This document shows, in pieces, positions 40,050 through 53,475 of a DNA stretch of 64,000 nucleotides (position 1 is the first letter of the stretch; each line of letters starts with the position of its first letter). This DNA is from the human T2T-CHM13v2.0 reference genome, Homo sapiens, in NCBI RefSeq assembly GCF_009914755.1, contig NC_060928.1. One strand, given 5' to 3'. The notes beneath the pieces are model-generated. The model saw only the letters and a list, made by a program, of their open reading frames with translations. It was not told the DNA's origin and ran no database searches. A program made the position numbers and the translations under genes.

Positions 40050-40959
40050 TGGTTTCCATGTCTTCTTGAAGCCAGCATGGCTAGGATTTTACTTGGCTTG
40101 GTGGGTTCTAGAAGGATCTGGGTATCCACATGGAGGAACATGCCAGGGAGAAGACCTGGGACTGAGGCCCTTCCTGTGTCTGGTGCTCCTAGTGTCATCC
40201 TCACCATCTCTCTCACACAGCAGTGCCAGGCATGGCTTCTGGGCTGCTGATCTGCCTTCTCCATGTGACTGAGATTCCCAAGGGGCTGGGACCTGGTCAT
40301 GCCCATCCGCACTTAGCTTGGTGCCCAACATGTGGTAAAGGCTCAGTAAGTGCTGGCTTAGTGAGTGCTCGGGTGAGAGAGGGAAGAGGACAGCAACTCT
40401 TGGTCTAGACAGCAGCCAGGGATGTGCGCAAATCATGAATTAGCTTGCTTGGTTGCTGCCTCCCTCCCACTCGGGATATGTGCCAGTCCCTCCATGCCAG
40501 GCCACAAGGTCATGCAGTCTGGCCTGTGCCTGTTTTTCTGACTCTGCTTTCTATCCTCTCTGTCTTCCTGCTCATTCTGTTCCAGCCCTTCTTCAAGTCT
40601 CTTGACCACACTGGAGTTATTTCTACCTCAGAACCTTCACACTTGCTCTTCTCTCCACCTCAGTCACCTTTCCCCCAGGTGTTTGCAAGGCTCACTTATA
40701 GCATACAGGGCTCTGCTGAGATGTCCACTCTGTGGTGCCTTCCCAGAATGCCCACCCTCTTCGTCTCCACCTCAACCTTCCATATTTCCTTGCCCTTCTC
40801 TTCCCCTTTTCTTTATAGCACCTATAAACTACCTGTGATTCTATTATGTGTTTATTCAGATGTCTTCTTGGTTATGGGTCTCATGCACCAGAACATAAGC
40901 TCTTTGAGGGCAGCAATGTTTCCTCTTGTTCCCTGTTTTATCCCTAGCTCCTGCTAAGC

Positions 40960-41830
40960 AGTATACATGCACACACACACTCACATGCACATATATGTAC
41001 ATATACCTACCTATCATGCAGTTTATAGAGACACACATATGTATATGCATATACATTAGGCATACCCACCGATATGGTTTGGCTCTGTGTCCCCACCCAA
41101 ATCTCATCTCGAATTGTAATCCCTACCTGTCAAGGGAGGGGCCTGGTGGGAGGTGACTGGTTCCTGGGGGCGGTTTCCCCCATGCTGTTCTCATGATAGT
41201 GAATTCTCACGAGAGCTGATGGTTTTAAGGTGTGGCACTTCCTTGCTCTCTTTCTCCTCCTGCCTTGTGAAGAAGGTGCCTGCTTTCCCTTCATCTTTCG
41301 CCATGATTGTAAGTTTCCTGAGGCCTCCCTGGCCAAACGGAACTGTGAGTCAATTAAACCTCTTTTCTTTATAAATTACCCAGTCTCAGGTAGTATCTTT
41401 ATAGCAGTGTGAGAACAGACTAATATACCCACTAAACAGTTCACATATATACACAGTGTCTAAGCAATATGTACACGTGCATATACATATACATAGATAT
41501 GCATATACATATATACCTCTCTACATAATATATATACCCACTAAACAGTATATATGTACATATACCTATAGATCCACCACAAAACACATACAGTACACAT
41601 ATTCATAGATACACATACATGTATATGCATATACATATATACACTCAATGTATATGTATACACATATACATATACACACTCATATGTATATGTGTATACA
41701 TATACACATATGCATACACCACTGAAGTGGTCTATATGTACATACACTTACACATATAGCGTATACACATACATTGATCTATGATACAGATAACATATAT
41801 AATATAAATGAATGAATATTATATAAATAA
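40960..41830. repeat. TA/CA-rich low-complexity tract interrupted by a THE1 LTR
   Basis: catatatacacatatgcatatac-type repeats on both sides of the LTR. Confidence 0.85.
41070..41427 (+). mobile_element. THE1D/MSTA-type solo LTR
   Basis: cgatatggtttggctctgtgtccccacccaaatctcatctcgaattgtaatccc...gagaacagactaatata; perfect TSD cccac. Confidence 0.9.
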
Positions 41831-44113
41831 ATAAATATAAATGAATGAAGAACTTAACAATTAACCAATCAACAGATACGATTTTGACACATGGTTTATA
41901 TTGATTGACTCAGGGTTAGCACGCAGAGGTGAGTTTCTCCCACTCCTCTGCATGCAAATTTACTTCGCACAGACACTCCTCTATTTCCACTCACCCTCGT
42001 CCAGCCCCTACTCTTCACTCTCCATTGGCTCCTCTTGACCCCTTTGATGGCTGAGCCAGCAGGAGCGTCCACGGTGAAGTGCTCCACTTTGAGTTAACTC
42101 TGTAGTCAGCAGGGCTTCGTTATTTCTGAGGGAAGGAGGAGGATACCTTTGGGAGGACTCTGAGGAGTGAGCTTCGAAAGTGTCTTCTTGGATTGGCACG
42201 TGGGCCCTCTGCTTGAAGAGCTGCAGGGTCAAAGTGAAGTAAACGTGGAGTTAATTAAAATTCATGGGATAGCTGGAGGCAGTCTGCACATAAAATGGCA
42301 GAAAATGGCACAGTGTTATATGATAATAGCTCTTTATGCCCCTCAAAGGAAGATTCTGGATAAACTTGAGCAAGAGTTGTACAAATGATAATTCCAGACT
42401 CCATACCGCCTTATTATGCAATGATGATCATTTCCAGACCCAAGCATATTATTACTTGTCTCATTCCACATGAGAATAAGGAAAGACTCTTTCCAGGCTC
42501 TCACAGCTGCATGTGAATTCAGAGTGTGAAAAAAAAAAGATTTGATTAATAGCAGACTAACCAATTTAGTGCCCAGACTGTAACAAATCCATTTGGGAAT
42601 TAGCAGGAATTCGATTTTAGATGAATGTTTGTAAGGTTCAATGTTCAAAAGCATTTGGCTTATCAGGGTTTTCCTTAAAAATGTATTCTTTTAGAATCTT
42701 ATTGATCTTTCAAGGTACTGGGTCTCTAAGATAATGGGAGCATGCTGGAATGCCTGGCAGGATACTGAGTTCAACAGTTAATGTTCACGGATCACTGCTC
42801 TGCCCTGGTCTTACTCTAGCTACCTGTGAGGATGTAAAAAAAAAAAAAAAAAAAAAGCTGAACAAGGTTCCTGACACTGAAGAACTGACAGTTTAGTAGA
42901 AGAAGCAGACTGACATATAAACAATAAGTATGATGATTTCTATTGATGATAGCTGCTCTGCAGAAAATGTGTAGTGCAGTGACCTGCAAGGGTGGGACTG
43001 CTTCAGTGGGGGTGAGGGCAACAGAGACAGCCTCTCCGAGAGGAGAAATTTGAGCTAAGACCCAACTGCTGAGAAAGAAATGGGCCACGTGGGGATCTGG
43101 GGAAAAGGTCATCACAGACCAAAAGAGCACCAGATGCAAAGGTCCTGAGGCAGGAACAGAGTTAGCAGTGGAGCATGTAGCAGGCTGTGTATCTCCAGTG
43201 CCCAGCACTGTGTCTGCCACAAGCGAGGACTTAGAATGTGTGGTTGCTCTTTGTAGGGAACTGAATGAGTTAATTAGCTTAGAGCTTATTAAACAGTTTT
43301 GACTGCAAAGGTTGACAGAGCCGAGTTGGAATTCTGGCCCAGCCACATGACTCTGGTCAAGTTGCCTAACTTCTCTGAGCCTCACGTTAGCTGCTATTCC
43401 TATGTAGGAATCATCTTTGGAATTCTTAACAATGATGCATTTACTAGAAGCCTTCATTGTTCATGCAGACATCTTCATGAAGGTTGGAATCCATTTCTTT
43501 TTAATGAAATATTTATTCATTTCATATGAATTAGGTTGTGTTTGGCTTGAGGCATACTTTGGAGGAATGTGTCAGCTCCTGGGGATCACTTTATTAGGAG
43601 CTAAATATCACAGGAAATGCAGGCTCACTCATGAATGGCTTGCAAGCGTCGGCCAGAGTAGATGATCCATTACTGACCAGCTTGGTGGACCTCATTGCTC
43701 ATCTGCACTTCTCAGCATCTTCTCATAATGACGTCTCCTTCCATCCAGCAGCCAAGTGTTCTCAGGCCCTTTGCCCTTCTACAGAGTGTTTCCCAGCTCC
43801 CTTTACCCTGAGGGCACCAAGGGGGCCAGTGGCACAGCGCGGGTCCTGGGGTCCCTGTGCCTTGCCTTGCTGTGAAGTTTCCTGACACTGTGATGTCCTT
43901 CAGTGTGGGTGAGCAGGGGCATTCACTTATTTTTAAAGCACACCATCACCTCTCTTTGTTCCCCTCCACCTGCTTCCAGAAAGAGCTCCCCACCCCGAAG
44001 GCAAATTCTCCACGTTGTTTGTTTATTCCTTTCCTTATTCATTCGTTCGTAATTGTATACTTAGGATCCTCTTTTAAAACAGCTCCCCAGTGCTCTCAGA
44101 ACAAAAGTCAACA

Positions 44114-44490
44114 GTGTTAGTCTGCTCGAGCTGCCACAACAAAGCACTGCAGAGTTGGGGGCGGAACAACAAAACTGATTTTCACAGTTCCGGAGGCTGA
44201 AGTCCAAGTCAAGGAATTGGCGGGGTTGGATTCTTCCGAGGCCGCTTTCCTTGGCTTGCAGATGCCATCTTCTCCCTGCGTCCTCACATGGTCATCCCTC
44301 TGTGTGTGTCTCTGTCCCGATCCCTCTTCTTACAAGACACAGTCATACTGGATTGGGGCCCACCCAAAGACCTCATTTTACCTTAATTACCTCTTTAAAG
44401 CCTCCATGTCCAAATACAGTCGCATCCTGAGGTGCTAGGGGTTAGGACTGCAGCATATGAATTTGGGGGACATACAGCTTAGCCCATGGC
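44114..44490 (-). mobile_element. MLT1A-type solo LTR
   Basis: tagtctgctcgagctgccacaacaaag...cctgaggtgctaggggttaggactgcagcatatgaatttgggg. Confidence 0.8.
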
Positions 44491-44939
44491 ACCAACCCTT
44501 TAAACATGTCATTCAAGCCATCTGTCACCTACCCCATCACTCACCTCTGTCATCTCATCTCAGTGACATCAGCTGTACAATGTTGCAAGTGAATACCAGC
44601 AAGCTTTGGCCAACACGGGCTAGAACTCACTGACAAGCGGCAGGAGGACACTGCTTCTCAGCTCCCCATGGGCAGGGCTGCTTGGCTGGAGCACGGCTGG
44701 GACACCGTAGAGCTGTGCTTACCAAGGGGGTGCCCCATGGTGCAGTCTCTCTGTGTACGCTGACTGAGGAAACGTATTTTGGAATCAAGTAACAAGCTGT
44801 TTGAGCTTTGTGTGCTCACACTCTTTAAGGGACTACGGAGAAATGCCAAATGCCAGTATGGTGGCTACAGTGGCTCCCTAGGCTGGTAGGAAGTTGAACT
44901 GAGGTACTGAATTCTGATCCTGGCTGGCTCATTACCAGA

Positions 44940-45703
44940 TGTTTTACTCGAGGTTCTCTAGTGAAACAGAACCAATGGGGTGTAACTATATATATATATA
45001 CACACACACATATATATGAATACATATGAATATATATATGAATATATATATGAATATATGATATATATGTATATATGTATATATATGAATATATATGAAT
45101 GAATATATATGAATATATATATGAATATATATGAATATATATATGAATATATATGAATATATATGAATATATATATGAATGTATATGAATATATATATGA
45201 ATGTATATGAATATATATATGAATATATATGAATATATATGAATATATATATGAATGTATATGAATATATATATGAATATATGAATGTATATGAATATAT
45301 ATATGAATATATGAATGTTTATGAATATATATATGAATATATATATGTTATTGGAGTTTGATTGATTTCGTTGATAAGATGATTATGGAAGCTGCCAAAT
45401 GCAAATCTTTAGGATGAACAGTCAGGCTGGAGACGCAGGAAGGAGCTGAGCTGCAGATCAAGTCTGAAGGGCGTCTGCCGCAGAAACCCTTCCTCTCCTG
45501 GGAAGTCAGTCTTTTACTTCATTCAGGCCTTCAACAGGTTGGAGGAAGTCCATCCATATTACAGAGGGCAATCCTGTCTTCAAAGTCTACCAATTTAATA
45601 TCAACCTCACCCCAAAACACCCGCACAGACACATTCAGAATGTTTGACCACATATCTGGGCACCATGGTGCAGCCCAGTTGACACAGAAAACTAACCATC
45701 ACA
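44940..45703 (-). mobile_element. MLT2 ERVL solo LTR containing an expanded microsatellite
   Basis: ggttctctagtgaaacagaaccaat...gttgacacagaaaactaaccatcaca; perfect TSD ccaga. Confidence 0.88.
44986..45347. repeat. (TA)n(CA)n followed by a (TATATGAA)-type AT-rich array
   Basis: About 360 nt of atatatatgaatatatatgaat... Confidence 0.95.
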
Positions 45704-46824
45704 CCAGACAACCATGAGCCCGTTCCTGAGGCCCTTCTTGGGCCGCTTTGCACATCTCCACAATGTCCTGTGCCCTTCAGAAGAGAGATGGATGCTGATC
45801 ACACAACCATAATGAACCGCATACTCAGTGCTTACCATGGAGCCTTTATAACTGCCCATTAAGGCAAATACCACTCTTATCCCCATTGTACAGATGAGGA
45901 AGTTGAGAAAACTACCAGTGTGTCAACACGTGCCACGGCATGTCTCATCTCTCTGAACTTCCACAGAGGCTGTGCCCTCTCCTGGTAACCCCCTTCCTTC
46001 TCCCCCTCCCCACACCTCTGTCCTCATGAGACCAACCCTTGGTGACTGTGCTAAGGTTCAGGTGCTACCTTTTCCGGATTGCCTTTCCCAAATCCCATAT
46101 CTGGTTTAGGATCCCCCTTCTGGGGTCCCTTAGTCCCATGTGCTCACCTCTCCCGTGTGTTTTCTAAATAGTAATGACTCATTCATTCATTCAGCCATAG
46201 TTATCAGCTAGGTGCCTGCTATGTGCCAGACACTGAGGATGATGCAGTGAACGTAAGAGAAAAATCCCTGTTGTCATGGGGTTCACAACTCAGTAGGGGG
46301 AGTGGACAATGGATGCACGAAGCAGGAAGCATGTCCTGTGATGGGAGCACAGCAGAGAGGGAGGCTGGGGTGCTGGGGACGGCTTTGCCCCTTCACACAG
46401 GGAGGTCAGAGTTGGCTTAGTTGGTAACATGACCTGTGAGCACAGCCTGAAGGAGGCAAGGGCCCAAGACCTGTGGATGCCTGAGAACAGCATGGCAGGT
46501 ACAGGGAAGGAGCAGAGGTCGCTGTGGGGAGTAGGAGGGGAACTGAGGCCAGCCCACTTAGGGCCTGGGGATCCACAGTGAAGGACTTTGGCCTTTACTC
46601 CTACATATTGTCTGATTATCCCATTATACCTCGGGTTCCCAGGGGAGAGTGATGTCCTCATGGCTGACATGGTACCAGGCCCATGGCACGCACCTAATAC
46701 ATGTTTATTGAGTGAAATACTCATCCAAGTAAGTATTTTTCTTGAGACCAACTTTTGATCCCTCCAATGAGACCACCATTGATGAGAGCCCACATGGGAT
46801 TTATGTGCTGTGAAAAGTCATAAT

Positions 46825-47275
46825 TTGTATATCAGTTGTGGACTCAGCAGCAAGGGACAAAAAACCTGCCTCATGGTGGCTTAAACAAAGAGGGGCTTAT
46901 TTTTCTCACATAACAAGAAATCTGAAGGCAGGTGGCTCCATGATAGGAGGTTCAGCATCTCTGAGACTTTCTTGGCCTCATGATCACAAGGGGCTGCTGT
47001 TGTTCCAGACATTACATCCGTGTTCAAGGTAGGAAGGACAGGAAGAAAGTTGGAGAAGAGAAAAAGGTGAGACCATCTGTAGTTATTCTCTTTTGTACAG
47101 AACGCAAGACTTTCCCTAGAAACCTCTAGCAAACTAACATCTCCTTGGCTAGAACTGTGGCTGTTGCTGGCTGTAAGTGTGTATAGAACGGATCACATTG
47201 CTTTCTTGAAGTAAATGGTCCTGCTATAAAGGAGAAAAGGGGAGAGTGCATATTGAGTAGTAAAAAGCTTCATCC
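46825..47275 (-). mobile_element. Ancient MLT1 (J/K/L-like) LTR
   Basis: ggcttaaacaaagaggggcttatttttctcacataacaagaaatctga..tcatgatcacaag. Confidence 0.6.
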
Positions 47276-49073
47276 GCCAAAGATAGTCTTCTTTCAGCGA
47301 ATTATTTGAGCAATACAGTAGCCAGCTTGATCATCTCTTTAGTAACCATATTTAATTGTTTTTCTTCCCCCTACCCCCACCCACCCCAAATCGGTCATTT
47401 CCCAGAATCTTGCCCCTGCAAGCATAACCAGCATCTTTTAATGTCACACTGTAGCTGTTTATTCATTCAACAGTATTTACTGAGTGCTTCTCAAGCTGGG
47501 GGATGGTAGAGATGGGCAGCACAGAGAAGAACTAGCCCAGTGTCTGCCTCAGGTCCCGTTGATGGGGTAGAGTCAGACCCGCAGCTGCCCAGTAAGCAAG
47601 ATGAGAAGAGGGCAGCCCAGGCTCACTATGAAAGGATCCTCGAGACTTTGCACCCCATAGTCCTGAGGTTCCAGCACAGCTCTAGCCTCTCTGTTCTGTA
47701 CTCCTCTGTCCTCCTGGAGCCTGGGTTGCCTGAGCTGCTAACCAGCGATTAGAGCCCTGACCATAAAGGACACTGTGAAGACACCGAACGAGGACTTTCT
47801 TGAAGATTGCAGTGAAATCATTCTCAACTCTGGTTGTACTTCAGCCTTCCCTGGGATACATCTAAAAAAATACAAAATCCCAGGGCCTCCTAGAGCTTTG
47901 GGTGTGCTGCAGAATCGACATTGTCAGCGCCCGGAATATACTGTAAAGTCAGGACTGTGACCACCGCGTGCAGGTGTGTTGCAGGTTCTCAGTATGCTCC
48001 AGCCACCTTCTCCACTGACTCAGGATCCATTCCCAAATTTCTGATGCTCAGTGTGTTTGGCATGCCTTTCTTACAGCAAATCAGCTGAAATCCGTGCTAG
48101 CTAGCATTTATTTATTTGTCCCATTAAGTTGTAATTAATAATGATGACATCAGGTCCTAATTGAGTTAGACTAATGAGGAATGTTAATTGGGTGCTTGCC
48201 TTTCAGTAGCAGCTTGGGTGGCTTTGGCCAGATTGCTTGCTGTCACCTCATTAACTGTGATTTCCTGTGGAAAAAGGCTCTGAGCAGCCCTGCCAAGGAC
48301 CCCAAACTTAGGCGAGGTGCCACTTGAGACCTAGCTCTTCTATTTTGAAGTTGAAGGTTCCCAGGACCTGGATAGAGTTTGCTGTTGGTGACAAGTGTTC
48401 AGCTTCCTTCTAGAACACCTGTTGTGAGCTTGTGAGGCCAAAATGCTACATCAGTTTCAGCAGATCCCTCAATCACATGGTTGTCATGGGATTTTGAGCA
48501 GGGAAGAACGGAAGCCTCTTCCTACACTGTACACATGGAATCACTGAGGACCACTGACCTGCTCTGGGCCATGTGGGACATGATAGACCGAGCATGTATG
48601 AAATTCAGCTGCTTTGAGGATTCAGACTTGGAGGTCAGGGCCAGGGAAGCATTGAGGTCAGGCAGTAGCGGGTAAGGAGTGGGACAGGAGAAGGCTTGCA
48701 GGGAAGGTATTCCAGGCAGAGTACGTGAAATATGCTAATGTGGAGAGTCATGAGTGAAGGTGACACTTTCACATGTGTGAGCCCCTGAACAGGAACTGAG
48801 TTGGCAAGGCCTCTGTCTGCAGGGTGCTTGGAGTCTGACTGCCAGATAAAAACGGGGATTTATAATACAGTGTGTCAAGCCTTACAGTAGAAACAGGATT
48901 TATGGCAGCTTAGTGGGAAGGGCACCGCATACAGCTTCAAGGATTAAAGGGAAGTTTCTGAAAGATGTAAATTGGGTGGCAGTAGGTCAGGGAAGGAGGT
49001 AACAAGGGCAGGAGAGGTTGGTGATAGAGAAACTCTTCAAAGAAATTCTAAAGAGTTTGAGATAGAGTGAAGG

Positions 49074-49074
<1 letters not shown>

Positions 49075-49124
<50 letters not shown>

Positions 49125-49125
49125 A
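49075..49125. repeat. (TG)n(AG)n microsatellite
   Basis: About 17 TG units followed by AG units. Confidence 0.95.
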
Positions 49126-49629
49126 TGTTGGAGGGGACAAGGTCTTTGAATGCCAAGACCTTGACCTCAAACATTTTCTGAAGGCAAAAGAATGCCCTTG
49201 CAGGCTTTAAGTCTTTGATTTTTCAGACATTCTCACCAGGCAAAAGGATATCTGCAGAGACCAGAGCAGAGGTGGGGTAGCCAGTTTGGAAGCTATCAGT
49301 AAATTCTCCCTATTTCTGAAATTCCAAACATTAAACCTTAAACTACCAGAAATCACTGTATTTACAGGGACCCATGGAGAGAGGACACTTTGCGAGAGGC
49401 TAAGGGTTTGGTTCCAGGCATCAGTCTACCCCTCACTCCACCAGCCTGTGTTTCCTGCTCCTCCGCATGGGCCACATGCTATGGCTGGCTCTTCCCACTC
49501 TGTCCCATGGAGACCCGACTGTGGACCTGGTAGGGCCGGTTCTGTAGACCCATTTCACAGTAGAGGAAACTGAGGACTACAGAGTGTTTGGCCAGGTTAT
49601 TTAGCCCCTGGTGGGTGGCAGTGGTGGAC

Positions 49630-50180
49630 CCTTATAGATTGTGATAACTTCCTAAACCAGGTAGCTTAAAACAGTGGAAATTTATTATCTTACAGTTTCG
49701 AAGGCCAGAAGTCTTGAATCCAGCTGTGGGCAGGGTAGATTCCTTCTAGAGGCTCTGAAGGTGGGTCTGTCCCATGCCATCACCCAGCTTCTGGTGCTGC
49801 TGGCCAGCCTCGGCATTCCTTGGCTTGTAGATTCATCACTCCAACCTCTGCATCCGTCCTCACATAGCCTTCCGCCTGGATGTGTCTCCTCCCCTTCTCT
49901 TCTCTTCTAAGGACGCTTGTCATTTGGTTTGGGCCCGTCCTAATCCAGGTTGATCTCATCCTGAGATCCTTAACTTAATTACATCTGCAAAGACCCCTAT
50001 CCAAATAAGAGCACTGTCTTAGTCCGCCTGGGCTGCTATCACACATGCCGCAGACTGGGTGTCTAAAAGAACAAAGATTTATTTCTCCCAGTTCTAGAGG
50101 CTGCAAGTCCCACATTAAGGTGGCAGCATGGTCAGATTCTGGAGTGGGCCCTTTTCCAGGTTGCAGGCTGCTAGCTTTAC
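49630..50180 (-). mobile_element. MLT1C-like LTR followed by a partial MST/MLT1A-like LTR
   Basis: gcttaaaacagtggaaatttattatcttacag..ttaacttaattacatctgcaaagaccc; then tgtcttagtccgcctgggctgctatcac from ~50015. Confidence 0.7.
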
Positions 50181-51890
50181 ACTGTATTATCACAGGGTGA
50201 ACAGCAGGATCTCCGATGAGCAGAATGAGGCTCAGAGAGGGTGGGCGACTTGCCTATGGTCACACAGCAAACAGCTGGAATTTAAGCCCTGCTCAGGAGT
50301 AGCCCCTGAGCTCAAACTCTCTGTGACTCTGTGACTCCCTGGAAGACCCACCCGTTGGAGACCCACTTGTCTCCACTCAGTGCATTAGATTTAGCTTAGC
50401 TCTTTGTTTTTTGTTTTTTTCTCTTTTAGCCTCTATCTCCTGGTCAGGTTAATTAAGCTGTTGTTACCAACCCTTCTTGGTCAGTGAGGAAGCAAGTCCA
50501 GAGCGGCTGAGGTTTGTGCACAGCCCCACTCAATCTGCAAGAGGGCTAGGCCCAGAGCCCAGTTTTCCTGACTCCTGGTGTAGCTCTCTTTGCTCTGTGT
50601 TCCTGAGAAACAGAATTTTTCTGAGGTGCCTTAGATAGCATGAGGTCTTAGCCCTGAATTTACCGAGGAGGTAGTCAAGGCCCAGATGATGAATGGATGC
50701 CAGCCACACTCAGGTCTCTGCATCAAGCTGGCCAAGACCCCTGATCCTTGGCCTCTCTTATTTGCAAATCAAAACTTCCAGGCTGCATCCAATATCCTGT
50801 ATCAACCGCCTGCTTTTGCTTGTATTGAAAAGTCAAACTTCCAAGCTCTATTGAAATCATGAGTTCTCCTTTGAAAGCCAGTTTTAATTTAATTTTGGAG
50901 AGTCTCTTCCAATTCCTAAAATGTCTCTGAGCTGAGGTGAGAGCTGTCCCTTGAAACCCAGAAGCGCCATGGATGTCTTTATCTGAAGGGACGCAGCCCC
51001 GGGGACGCTACACAGACTGTCTCCCAGCCTAAGCTTTTCACAGCGATGCAGCCAGCTGACAGCCAGGTCCCAGCCCCGCAGAGGCAGTGCCTGCTGTCTC
51101 TTCTGAGAAGGCGAATGAGAAGTGAGAGAGACCACAAATTCTAATTAGTGGGATTATCCTCCCACGACATGTCTGGCTTCAGACATGGGTCTCAGAGCCT
51201 GGTGCCCGGGCCTCCAGAAGTCTTTGCTTGGATTCCCACAAAGCCAGGACCCCTGAGGTACGTTTGCACGTCATACCTTTGCCTCCTTGCATTTTATATT
51301 CTCACGTTCACTACTGGAAATGGGTGTTCTGTGGGCCTTCGACCTCATGCCGTAAATTTTACTCTGTGGAAAAAACATCTTTTTGGAGATTTCATGCAAC
51401 GTGCTATCTAATACATTGAGATGCAGTTGACATTTATCGTCCCTCAGTGCCGCCTGGCACTCCCACTTCCTGCTCCTGTTTGGTTTCACCCCAGTGGTGC
51501 CGGGTGGGTTTTGCTGACTCAGTTCAGAAATATGCGGAGACTGAGGCCAAGAGAGGCACAAAGAACCAAAGCTGGAGTCGGAAATCAGGCTTCTGCCATC
51601 GTCCTGTATCTGCCTTGAATAGATTTGCAACGTGTCAGAGCTGAGTGGGGTCAATTTCCAACAGAAGAGAGGCTGTGACACCAGGAGAAAACCCCGAGTT
51701 CCTTCGCTGGGTCCTCAGGCCAACAGCGTTATTGCCGGCGTGTCCCATTTCTCAGGAAGGCCACACTGTGGGTGAAAAGTGACAGCTGGGGAGGCAGAGA
51801 GCCTGGGTTTGAGTTGAGCCTCGAGAAAGCACTAAAACCTTTCTAGGCCTCACTTTCCTCTCTCTGTGAAGCGGGGATAGTAATAGTCAT

Positions 51891-52332
51891 TGTCCTTGAT
51901 GGAACGGTGTCCCACCCCTCCAAATTCAACTCCTCCTGGAACCTCAGAATGTGGCCTTCTTTGGAAATGGCGTCATTTTAAGTGTAATTAGTTAAGATGA
52001 AGTCATACTAGATGAGAGTGGGCCTAAGTCTACTCTGACTGGTGTCCTTATAAGAAGATGAATGACACAGAGACGTAGGGGAGGATGCCATGTGACAACA
52101 GAGCCTAGGACGGAAGAGCTGCAGCTGCAAGCTAAGGGCACCAGGGGTTGCTGGAGCTGCCCAACTCTGGAAGAGGCAGAGGAGGATCCCCCCAGGAGCC
52201 TTCAGAGGGGGCAGGACCCTGCTGACACCTTGGTTTTGGACTCCCAGCCCTCAGAACTATGAGCCAATAAATTTCTGTTGTTTAAATCCCCCAGTTTGAG
52301 GTACTGTTACAGCAACCTGAGGAACCCACACA
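51891..52332 (+). mobile_element. MLT1B-like solo LTR inserted in a MIR
   Basis: ggaacctcagaatgtggccttctttggaaat...ataaatttctgttgtttaa..tgttacagcaacctgaggaacccacaca. Confidence 0.8.
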
Positions 52333-52523
52333 ATCCCTTATCGAGGTGTTGGGAAGATTAGCCCATACAATCCTTGCTAACCGTCCAAGGAACCAATACA
52401 GTCCCTCCTCGGCGTGTTGGGAAGACTAGCTCATACAATCCTTGCTAACTGTCCAAGGAACCAATACAGTCCCTCCTCGGGGTGTTGGGAAGACTAGCTC
52501 ATACAATCCTTGCTAACTGTCCA
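52320..52523. repeat. 68-bp tandem repeat, 3 copies
   Basis: Units start at 52320, 52388 and 52456: aggaaccaatacagtccctcctcgg.gtgttgggaagactagctcatacaatccttgctaactgtcca. Confidence 0.95.
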
Positions 52524-53002
52524 TGCCACATGTGCATGTCAGCCCTGCTCACTTTTCCTGCTGTGCTTGCTGTGTCTCCTCGGCTCCACGCCCTCCGTTA
52601 CAGGATTCCCTTTCCCTCAAAGCCTCTTCCTTCACCCTTACCATCTTCCCATCCTTTAGAGCTTGCCCCCTGGTTTTGATCCTGCGGAGAGCCTTCTCTG
52701 ACAGCTCCCATCCTCCCACCTTGCCCCCAACTGCCCCCAGGTAAGGCAGTCGCTCAGAAGTCCAGGCCTCATGGATTTGAACCCCCACCCTGCCACTTGG
52801 TGGTTTGTTGAACTCTGAACAAGTTAATTAGTACACTTGGGGCTACAGCTCCCTCATGCTTTATCCATAAGGTTCTTATAGGGATTCAGTGAGATGGTCA
52901 AGGAGATGATTTGCTCAGTGTCTGACCTGCAGTAAAGTGCTCAATACAGGACCACTGTCATCATAGCTGTCCCCAGCTTCTCCTGTGCTCCCCCAGAACC
53001 CA

Positions 53003-53475
53003 TGTGCCTGAGTTTGGGTTTCCCCAGAATCAGGCTCCAAGGCAAAGATTTGAGGACAGGGCATGGGAGAGGCAGAAAGAACACAGAGAAGGGTAGGAAG
53101 GAAGACAGCCAGGAAAGGGTGTGCTGTGTTAAGCTTGTTACCCCACTGTGGGGCTAGGCAAACTTACAAACTCCGGGAGCCAGTGTAAACACTGGCATCA
53201 GCCTCATCCCAGGTGACGGGCAAGGGAGTGGGGGTACTGATACTCCCGTTTCTAACAGTCGTGGATCGAATGTTGCTCTGAGGACATTAATTCCCTGGCT
53301 TGGCTGGTCTGCTACATGGGCAGCAAAGTGGGCCCTACTGGCAAAAGAGAGTCCTCAGGGAGAGAAATGCAGGACTGGTGGATGGAAGTCAGGCAGGTAG
53401 GTGCAGAAGTGGGAAAGGTGAGGAGATTCAGGTGGGCACAGACGGAGTCTGCGACACTCGTGCACGCCACACATC
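53003..53475 (-). mobile_element. LTR16C-like ERVL LTR
   Basis: gggtttccccagaatcaggctccaaggcaaagatttgag..gaagacagccaggaaagggtgtg..ccccactgtggg. Confidence 0.6.

Noticed and set aside
42816-43457. 213-aa ORF on the minus strand
   Set aside because: Runs through MIR/L2-derived sequence and an A run; no recognisable domain.
52320-52523. Regularly spaced repeats that look CRISPR-like
   Set aside because: Head-to-tail 68-bp duplication with no unique spacers, no cas genes, and a primate intronic context.
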